Assembly (NCBI GenBank): GCA_038213805.1
Contig: JBBQSO010000009.1
Coordinates: forward strand, 31,663-95,662
Direction: 5' to 3'
Length of the DNA: 64,000 bases
Source: Planctomycetota bacterium
GTDB taxonomy: Bacteria > Planctomycetota > UBA11346
The notes beneath the pieces are model-generated. The model was given only the letters and a program-made list of their open reading frames with translations, did not search any database and was not told the origin of the DNA. Every line of letters starts with the position of its first letter. Position 1 is the stretch's first letter. Below are positions 37,774 to 47,398 of this stretch, piece after piece. The position numbers and the translations under genes are program-made.

Positions 37774-40396
37774 CCGCGCGGATCCCTCACCGGGCGGGCA
37801 GGCCGGACGCGACCTGCGCCGCGCGTCGGCCGCCATGGCCGCGCTGGTGCCACCCACCGTGCCGGTGGCGGTGCAGGCGCTGATCATCACCGCGCGCAAG
37901 CGCGGCCTGCTCGACGACGATGGTCTGCAGCGCGTCGGCAAGCGCGCGATGCGCCGCGAACTGCGCAGCTTGGGCGAGGTGCGCGCCTGGCTGGCGAGCG
38001 GCAAGGACTGCACGCCCCGGCTGGCGCAATCGCTGCTCGAGCTGCTGCCCGAGAGCGACCACATCATCGTCGGCGGCAATCGCCTGCTCAGCCACCTCGC
38101 CGACGGTGGCATGGGCCGCGTCCACCTCGCCGAGAGCCGCGACGGGCGCATGGTGGTGGTCAAGATGCTGCGTCCGGAGTTCAGCAGCAATACACGCTAC
38201 GCCTACCGCTTCGAGCGCGAGGCCGCCATCACCGCGCAGCTCGATCACATCAACCTGGTGCGCTGCCTGGGCCACGGGCGCAGCGACGACGGCCAGCTCT
38301 ACATGGTGCTGGAATACGTGCACGGCGGCGACCTCGACTGCCTGCTCGCGCAAGGCCACAAGCTCAGCGAGGGCGAGGCGCTGCTGGTCGCGTACCAGGT
38401 GTGCAAGGCGCTCGAGCACACCCACCGGATGCACCTGATCCACCGCGACATCAAGCCGAGCAACATCTTCCTCGCAGCGGATGGCACGGCCAAGCTCGCA
38501 GACTTCGGCCTGTCGCGCGCGACCGACGTCGACTACTCGATGGCGACGGTCGAAGGCAAGGCCATCGGCAGCCCCTTCTTCATGGCGCCCGAGCAGGCGC
38601 AGGGCTTCAAGGACATCGACATCCGCGCCGACCTTTACGCCATCGGCTGTGTGCTGTTCTACGCGTTGACCGGCAGTCCGCCCTTCTCCGGCACCCCGGT
38701 CGAGGTGCTGACGCGGCACATCCGCGACAAGGTCCCGGACGTGCGCCAGCAGCGCCCGGAGATCGGCGAGCGCACCGCGAAGACCATCCTGAAGCTGATG
38801 CTCAAGGAACGCGAACAGCGCTTCCAGACGCCCGGGCGCCTGGGCGAGAGCCTGGCCAAGACCATGAGCCTGCTCGGCCTCGAGCCCGAGCGAGCGCTGG
38901 CGCAGGACACCATCAGCCGCTCGCTGCCCTCGCCGGGCCAGCCCGACGCCCCGCCACCGCCGCCGGCCCAGGACGTGGCCACGCCCGCGCCGCAGACCCT
39001 GGCACCGCAGGCGGCGGACGCACTGCTCGCGCCGGGTATGCCGCCGATGCCGATGCCGGTGCAGCTGCCTCCCGCCCCGGCACCCTTCATCCCGGAGGTC
39101 GCCGTGCCGGCGCCCGCCGCCCGACTTGAGACCGCGACGCTGTCGCCGCGCCCGGGCGCGCCCGCCGCCCCGCCGTCCAAAGCGCTGCGCAGCGACGACC
39201 TGCTGCCCGAATTGGCGACCGACGCCTTCACGCCGCGCGGCGGCTCGCGGGTGATCGGCCAGGGCCGCGCCGACGAGGAGACCCGCAACGAGTTCGACGG
39301 CGCCGAGCCGACGCCGATCTCACCGGCACCGGCAGTGCAGACGCCGGTACCGGCGGCGCAGGCTCCGGCGCCGGTCGCCCCCCGCACTCCGATCCCCACG
39401 CCGTCGCCGACCCCGCGCAGGGCCACCGAGCCGACCGTGGTGCGCGTCCCCGACGAGCCGGCACCGCGACGTCGCACGGTCGGTCCGCACGGGGCCCCGC
39501 CCGCCGCTCCGCCGCCCGCGGTGGTCGCGCCCCCGCCTCCACCCAGCCCGCTGCCGTCGCGCCGCGTGGTCGCGCCGCTCAAGGAAATGGCCGGCGAGCA
39601 GGATCCCGTCGAGATGACGCTGGCGGACTACGCCGGCGACATCGCCCTGCAGACATTGCGCAACGACGGGGCGATGATCCCCGGCCGCCTCGACCTGAGC
39701 CAGGCGCTCGATTCGCCCTGGGTGCTGATCGAGGCGGCCGGCAGCTATCCGCTGCGCCTGGTGCTGATCGCCCAGACCAGCGCCGTCACCGGCAAGCTGC
39801 GCGAGGCGCCGGTCGACATCCCGCTGCGCGTCTACCCGATCGCCGCCTACACCGAAGAGTGCCAGCGCATCAGCAAACGCCATTTCAAGGTGTGGTCCGA
39901 TGCGGCCTCGGCCAAGGTCTTCATCGCCGATCTCGGCAGCTCCAACACCACGCGCATCGACGGGCGCGTGCTCAATCCCGATTCGCCCTGGCCACTTGAA
40001 GACGGACGCGAGCACAAGCTCGAGATCCCCAAGAGCCTGCGCCTGACCCTGCGCGCCTTGCCGCAGCGCTCGCGCAAGGAGGACGCCATCGCCGGACCGG
40101 CCGGTGCCTGCGGTGTCGACAGCGCCAACCTGCACGATGCGATCATCATCCGGCGCAGCGACAATCGGCCCTCGCTGGCCTATGCCCTGGTGCTGCGCCG
40201 CATCACCATCGGCTCGACCGATGCGGACATCCCGTGCAACGGCTGGATCGGGCCCGACCTCGAGTTCGGACAGCTCGGTGGGCGCTGGACCTGGCGCATT
40301 GCCGGCGCCCATCATTGGCAGCCGCTGCGCCCGCGCGTCACCCTCGGCCAGACCGGGGTGACGGCGTCGGCGGCGGACTATGATACCTATCGGTGA
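37760..40396 (+). CDS. Cytoplasmic Ser/Thr kinase with Pro-rich linker and C-terminal FHA domain
   Basis: DGGMGRV, VVVK, HRDIKPSN, DFG, GSPFFMAPE; FHA motifs ISKRH...DLGSSNTTRIDG; overlaps the upstream kinase gene by 14 bp. Confidence 0.9.
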   Translation: MPNTDRADPSPGGQAGRDLRRASAAMAALVPPTVPVAVQALIITARKRGLLDDDGLQRVGKRAMRRELRSLGEVRAWLASGKDCTPRLAQSLLELLPESDHIIVGGNRLLSHLADGGMGRVHLAESRDGRMVVVKMLRPEFSSNTRYAYRFEREAAITAQLDHINLVRCLGHGRSDDGQLYMVLEYVHGGDLDCLLAQGHKLSEGEALLVAYQVCKALEHTHRMHLIHRDIKPSNIFLAADGTAKLADFGLSRATDVDYSMATVEGKAIGSPFFMAPEQAQGFKDIDIRADLYAIGCVLFYALTGSPPFSGTPVEVLTRHIRDKVPDVRQQRPEIGERTAKTILKLMLKEREQRFQTPGRLGESLAKTMSLLGLEPERALAQDTISRSLPSPGQPDAPPPPPAQDVATPAPQTLAPQAADALLAPGMPPMPMPVQLPPAPAPFIPEVAVPAPAARLETATLSPRPGAPAAPPSKALRSDDLLPELATDAFTPRGGSRVIGQGRADEETRNEFDGAEPTPISPAPAVQTPVPAAQAPAPVAPRTPIPTPSPTPRRATEPTVVRVPDEPAPRRRTVGPHGAPPAAPPPAVVAPPPPPSPLPSRRVVAPLKEMAGEQDPVEMTLADYAGDIALQTLRNDGAMIPGRLDLSQALDSPWVLIEAAGSYPLRLVLIAQTSAVTGKLREAPVDIPLRVYPIAAYTEECQRISKRHFKVWSDAASAKVFIADLGSSNTTRIDGRVLNPDSPWPLEDGREHKLEIPKSLRLTLRALPQRSRKEDAIAGPAGACGVDSANLHDAIIIRRSDNRPSLAYALVLRRITIGSTDADIPCNGWIGPDLEFGQLGGRWTWRIAGAHHWQPLRPRVTLGQTGVTASAADYDTYR

Positions 40397-40398
40397 GC

Positions 40399-40436
40399 GG
40401 CTGATGGCTGATGGCTGATGGCTGATGGCTGATGGC
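40399..40436. repeat. Tandem heptamer (GGCTGAT) x5
   Basis: Read directly; starts 3 bp after the stop at 40396. Confidence 0.97.
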
Positions 40437-40509
40437 GCGGTCAGAACGCCCCACGCGGCCGTTGTCGGCATTCACGCAGGTCGCCGCGCTCCCACTCAAC
40501 CATCCGCAA

Positions 40510-41910
40510 TCACTTCGCGACCGGCCCTGGCGGCTCTTTCGCGGTGGCCTCCGCCAACCACTTCTGCCAGGCGGCAAGCTGCGGCGCGCGCGTTGCCTTG
40601 CCCGCTTCCGGATGGTACTCGCCGGCACCGATCGGCTTGAGGACGGCATAGGCCGCGCTGCGCAGGCCGGGATCGGCATCGTCAAGCAGGTCGACCAGGG
40701 CCTTGAACAGATCGATGTCCTGTTGGTGGCCATGCATCTGCAACACCAGACCTTGGCCCATGGCGGCGATGGCCAAGGCACGCTCGGCGATCTCAGCGGA
40801 CTTGCCGGTCGCGGCATTGGTGACGGTGGAGGCGACGGCGGCGAGCGCGCGCTTGGCCACCGGGCTACCCCAGCCGACATTGACGCCGAGGGCCGCGAGC
40901 GCGGCCTTGCGCAGCGTGGCGTTGCGCTCGCCGAGCAGGGCGGCGATGGCACCGAGCGCGTCCTCACCGAGCACCGCGTGCTCGGCCGCATGCACCGCCA
41001 TGAGCCGCGCGGCGTCGTCCTTGCCGGCGAGCAGCGGCACCAGCAGCGCGCCGGCCTGCTGGCCGCCGACCAGCAGCACGTTGTTGAACAGGCCCGCGCT
41101 GGCCGGCACCGGATGTGCGGCGTCGGCGGCGGCCAGCGGCTTGAGGAGCGCCGCCTCGCGCTCGGCGAGGGGCAGCACCTTGTTGCGCGAGAGCGTCGCC
41201 CACAGCACCGCGTCGTCGTTGGTCGCGGGGTCGACTGAGCCACCGCCGCTCGGGAATTCACGATAGATCAGCTGGTAGCCGTGCGGCTTAGCCCGGGCAT
41301 AGGTGTCGCGCACCATCGCCAGGTGGGTGGGAATGTCCTGCTGCCCAAGGACCACGTAGAGGCTGGGCAGGTCGCGCAGCGGATCCGCGGCCGCGGGCAT
41401 CTGGTGGAAGCCCCAGGAATAGGTGATCGCCGTGGCCACCAGTTCGGGGTGCTCCAAGGCGAATTCCGCCGCCATAGTCGCGCCCTCACCGCGACCGAAG
41501 GCGTAGATGCGGCGTGGATTGAGCGCGAAGGTGCGCTTCGCCCACGCCACCAGCTCGACGGTGTGGGCGTGGTCCTGCCGGGTGTAGCCGTGCGCGGCCT
41601 GGAAGACGCCGATCAGGATGTAGCCAGCTGCGAGCTTCAGCCGCGCCAAGGACTGCGCGACGGTAGGGATCTCATCGCCGGCCTTGCCGCCGTGCTCGTG
41701 GAAGCACAGGAACAGGCCCAGCTGCCGAGCGGGATCGGTGGTGGTGGCCGGAGGCACGAGCTTGGGCAGCTCGATCGCGTAACGGATGCCCTCGCCGCCA
41801 GCGGCCTTCAGCTCTGCCTCTTCGGCGGCGCTGATGCGGCTGAGGACGCAGCCAGCGGCCAGCGCCCAGGCAAGCCATCCGCCGCGGTCGCTCATGGCAC
41901 GGATCTGCAT
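40510..41910 (-). CDS. Exported alpha/beta-hydrolase-fold + HEAT-repeat protein (paralog 2)
   Basis: LFLCFHEHG, LNPRRIYAFGRGEGA, HEAT repeats (LRKAALAALG, LLDDADPGLRSAA). Confidence 0.8.
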   Translation of the reverse strand: MQIRAMSDRGGWLAWALAAGCVLSRISAAEEAELKAAGGEGIRYAIELPKLVPPATTTDPARQLGLFLCFHEHGGKAGDEIPTVAQSLARLKLAAGYILIGVFQAAHGYTRQDHAHTVELVAWAKRTFALNPRRIYAFGRGEGATMAAEFALEHPELVATAITYSWGFHQMPAAADPLRDLPSLYVVLGQQDIPTHLAMVRDTYARAKPHGYQLIYREFPSGGGSVDPATNDDAVLWATLSRNKVLPLAEREAALLKPLAAADAAHPVPASAGLFNNVLLVGGQQAGALLVPLLAGKDDAARLMAVHAAEHAVLGEDALGAIAALLGERNATLRKAALAALGVNVGWGSPVAKRALAAVASTVTNAATGKSAEIAERALAIAAMGQGLVLQMHGHQQDIDLFKALVDLLDDADPGLRSAAYAVLKPIGAGEYHPEAGKATRAPQLAAWQKWLAEATAKEPPGPVAK

Positions 41911-42010
41911 GGCGCCGATGTGCGGGAATCCACGTTCATTTCTGGTTCCTCGTCATTCGTGTTGGATTCAATGCCTACTCGGTTCGCGTCGATCAAATCA
42001 GGAAAGACAG

Positions 42011-42126
42011 GATCGAACAAGAGGAACGGAGGAACGCCAGGTTATGGCGATGCCGTTTCTGCCCGATTTCGCCTTTTTTCACTGGCTCCCTGTCCTCCTC
42101 CGTTTCTTCGTTCCTCTTGTTAGATC
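42011..42126. repeat. Imperfect 26-bp inverted repeat (42011-42036 and 42101-42126)
   Basis: GATCGAACAAGAGGAACGGAGGAACG pairs with CGTTTCTTCGTTCCTCTTGTTAGATC. Confidence 0.85.
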
Positions 42127-42182
42127 AGGTCTCGCCTACCCGGCGATGAACGGAAAGTCTTCACCTTGGACGACGAGGAACC

Positions 42183-43565
42183 TCATTTCTTCGCGCCCGC
42201 CCCAGCCGGTGGCACCTGCGGTTCCTTGGCAGCAACGTCCACAAGCCACGTGTTCCAGGCCGCCAGAGCGGAGGCGCGCGCAGCCTTGTCATCCTCCGGC
42301 TTGTACGGGGAATCGGGGAGCGCGGGTTTGAGGATGGCGAAGGCCTGCGTGCGCACCTCGACGCTGTCATCGTTGAGCAGCGCGACCAGGGCCTTGGCCA
42401 GGTCGATGTCCTGCACGTGCGGGGAGCCGAGCTGGAGGGTCAGGGGCAGGCCCATGCCGGCCATGGCCAGCACGCGCTCGTCGACCGCGGCCTTCTTGTT
42501 GGTTGCGGCGGCGAACTGGATGAGCGCCTCGTGGGCGACCGCGCTGCGCCAGCGGGCGTTCACGCCGAGCGCGGCCAGCGCCGCCTTGCGCACCGCGGCA
42601 GATGGGTCCTTAAGCTTCTTGGCCAGGGCTGTCAGCGCGTCCTCGCCATAGTACGTGCGCTGCGCGCTGGCGATGGCGGCGATGCGCGTCGCCTCGTCCT
42701 TGGCGTCGAACAGCGGCCCGATCAGCGAGCCGGCCTGCAGGCCGCCGACCAGGACGATGCCGTCAATGACCTCGGGCGTCGCGACCAGCGCATGGGCCGC
42801 GGAGGCGCTGGCGATGGGCTTGAGCAGAGCCAGCTCCTTGGGGGCGAGCGGCAGGACCTTGTTGCGCGTGGCGAGCGCCCAGGTCAGGGCCTCGTCGTTG
42901 CTCGGCGGGTGGTCGGTGCTGCCGTTCAGCTTGTCGAATTCGCGGTAGATCAGCTGGTAGTTGTGCGGCTTGGCCTTGGCGTAGGTGCTGCGCACCATGG
43001 GGATGTGCGTCGGCGTGTCGGCCATGCCGATGACCATGTAGATGCCGGGCAGTTCGGTGACCGGATTCTTCGCGTCGGGCATGGCGAAGAAGCCCCAGGA
43101 ATAGGTGATCGCCGACGCGATCAGCTCGGGATGGGCGAGTGCGAACTCCGCCGACATGGTCGCGCCCTCGCCCTTGCCGTAGTCGTAGACCCGGCGCGGG
43201 TTGATGGCGTAGGTCTTGCGCGCCCAGGCGATGACCTCGGCGGTGTGGACGCGGTCGGCGTCCGAGTAGCGGTGCTCGACGTGGTGGACGCCGATCACCA
43301 CGTAATGGTCCGAGAGCCCGAGGCGCGCCAGGGTCTTGATCACCGGCGGCATCTCGGCATCGACCTTCGAATCGTGCTCGTGGTAGCTGAGGATCAGGCC
43401 GAGCTGCTTCGCCGGATCGGTGACGTCGGCCCCCGGGGCGTTCTTGGGCGCCTCGACCGCGTAGTGCAGGACCGCGGCACCGGAGGCATCCTTGATGTCC
43501 ATCTCCTCCATGGCGCCCACGGCCGTCGCGGTCGCGAGCAGGAGGAGTGAGGCGGAGATGCGCAT
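42183..43565 (-). CDS. Exported alpha/beta-hydrolase-fold + HEAT-repeat protein (paralog 1)
   Basis: Signal peptide, LILSYHEH, INPRRVYDYGKGEGA, HEAT repeats (LKDPSAAVRKAALAALG); colinear with 40510-41910. Confidence 0.8.
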   Translation of the reverse strand: MRISASLLLLATATAVGAMEEMDIKDASGAAVLHYAVEAPKNAPGADVTDPAKQLGLILSYHEHDSKVDAEMPPVIKTLARLGLSDHYVVIGVHHVEHRYSDADRVHTAEVIAWARKTYAINPRRVYDYGKGEGATMSAEFALAHPELIASAITYSWGFFAMPDAKNPVTELPGIYMVIGMADTPTHIPMVRSTYAKAKPHNYQLIYREFDKLNGSTDHPPSNDEALTWALATRNKVLPLAPKELALLKPIASASAAHALVATPEVIDGIVLVGGLQAGSLIGPLFDAKDEATRIAAIASAQRTYYGEDALTALAKKLKDPSAAVRKAALAALGVNARWRSAVAHEALIQFAAATNKKAAVDERVLAMAGMGLPLTLQLGSPHVQDIDLAKALVALLNDDSVEVRTQAFAILKPALPDSPYKPEDDKAARASALAAWNTWLVDVAAKEPQVPPAGAGAKK

Positions 43566-43652
43566 GCGGTTCCCATCCATGTGGCGCGCTTCGCGCGCGG
43601 TTCTGAAATCCTCACCCGGCACGACGGCGCATCACGCCCCAGGACGCGACGC

Positions 43653-43727
43653 CAGCCATCAGCCATCAGCCATCAGTCATCAGCCATCAGTCATCAGCCA
43701 TCAGCCATCAGCCATCAGCCATCAGCC
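43653..43727. repeat. Tandem heptamer (CAGCCAT) x10, two units being the CAGTCAT variant
   Basis: Read directly; contains the stop codon of the DUF1552 gene. Confidence 0.97.
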
Positions 43728-45136
43728 CGCCAACTCCTTGAGCGGCCCCGTGCTGTCGGCGAACTTGTCGACCTGCAGGCCCATGCGCGCGAGGATGTCG
43801 CCGAGCAGGTTGCACATCGGCGTCTCGTTCTTGCACACGATGTGCCGGCCGGTGGCGATGGTCTTGCCGCCGCTGCCGCCGATCACGATCGGCAGGTTGT
43901 GCGGGTCGTGGGCGTTGCCGTCGCGGATGCCCGACCCGAACAGCACCATGCTGTTGTCGAGCAGGGTGTCCTTGCCTTCCTTGATCGCCTTCATGCGCTC
44001 GAACAGGCCGGCCACCTGCTGCGCGTGCCACAGGCCGATCTTGCGGTACTGCTCGAGCTTGTCGGCATTGTTCTCGTGGTGGCTCATGTCGTGGTGGCCG
44101 CCCTTGACGCCGTCGATGAACGAGAAGTTCTGCCCACTGACCTCGTTGCCGAACATGAAGGTGGCGATGCGCGTGCTGTCGGTCCAGAAGGCGAGCAGGA
44201 TGATGTCGAGCATCATGCGCACGCGCTCCGCGTAGGCCTGGGGTGTGTCGAAGCGGCCGCCGCCGCCGGCCTTGCGCGTGCGCTCGCCGAGCTCGGGCAG
44301 GGCGCGCAGCGCGGCGGGGTCGACGCGGTGCGGCTCCTTGACGTGCTTGATCTCGGCCTGGATGCGCCGTTCGACGTCGCGCACCGAGGTCAGGTACTCG
44401 TCGAGCTTGCGCTGGTCGTTCACGCCCAGCCGGCCCTTCAACCCGGCGCTGTCGTCGAGCACGAAGTCGAGCACGCTGCTGTCGTCCCACGGGTTGAGCG
44501 CCTTGGGCCGCGCCGCACCCGGATCGGTGCCGCCCTGCCCGCGGAACAGGCGGTCGAAGGCGGCCTTGGGGTCGGTCTCGCGGGTCTGCGGCGTGGTCGG
44601 CGTCGACCACGAGATGTGGCTGCCGTAGAGCGCGGTGAGCTTGACGTTGTTGTCGACGAAGTTGGTCGGGTTGTGGGTGGACAGCTCGATCGAGGGCAGG
44701 CGCGTGTACTGGCCGAGGAATTGCGCGGCGAGCTGGTCGGCCGAGATGCCGCCGCTATTGAGGTCGGCGCCGGTGGTCTTGGTGATCGAGGTGCCGGACA
44801 GCCACACCGCGACCTTGGCGTAGTGGCCGTCGAGGGGGAACGAGCCCTTGTTGCACAGCCCGCTGATCAGCGTGATCTCACTCTTGACCTTCTCGAAGGC
44901 GGCGGTGATCGACGGCAGTTCGGTGAGCGGACCCGGCATCGCCGGGGACCAGTGGTGCGGGTTGACGCCGTTGGGCATGTAGAGGGCGGCGAAGCGCACC
45001 GGCTGCTTGCGCGGTACGACCTTGGGGTCGGCGCCGAACAGCGTCGGCGCCTCCATCACGTCGAGCAGGGGCAGCGCGATCGCGGCCCCGAGACCGCGCA
45101 GCATGGTGCGGCGGGAGATGTGCCAGGAACGGGTGC

Positions 45137-45140
<4 letters not shown>
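43722..45140 (-). CDS. DUF1552 domain protein
   Basis: Tat-like SRRTMLRGLG, YMPNG, ISADQLAA, DQRKLDEYLTSVRDVE, HHDMSHH, TLLDNS, GNAHDPHNLP. Confidence 0.9.
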
Positions 45141-47053
<1,913 letters not shown>

Positions 47054-47142
47054 GGGCGGTAAGTATAACCCCTGCCCGGGGGGTCCGTTCGCGGCAACCC
47101 CGCTCGGCCTCGGCAGTGGTCCCATCCACCACGCACATCCGC

Positions 47143-47160
47143 TGTGGAAGGCCTTCCACA
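47143..47160. promoter_or_regulatory. Perfect 18-bp palindrome, candidate operator
   Basis: TGTGGAAGGCCTTCCACA, about 90 bp upstream of the DUF1592 start. Confidence 0.45.
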
Positions 47161-47398
47161 CCCCAGGTATGCCGCAGGACATTGCGCGCCTTCGACTTGC
47201 GATCCCATCGTCCATGGACATGCGAATATCGGAAAAACGCATCACATGTCGGAAAAAATGCCTGGAGGGCGACGCCTGCGGCACAGGTGCACCGCGGCCG
47301 GGGCAGCGCACGTGGGCATCTCGGGTGGGCACATGTTGTGAGCTGTATAGACGTTTCAGGAAACCAGCTTCGCCCCCACGATGTGGGCAGCGCCGCCC

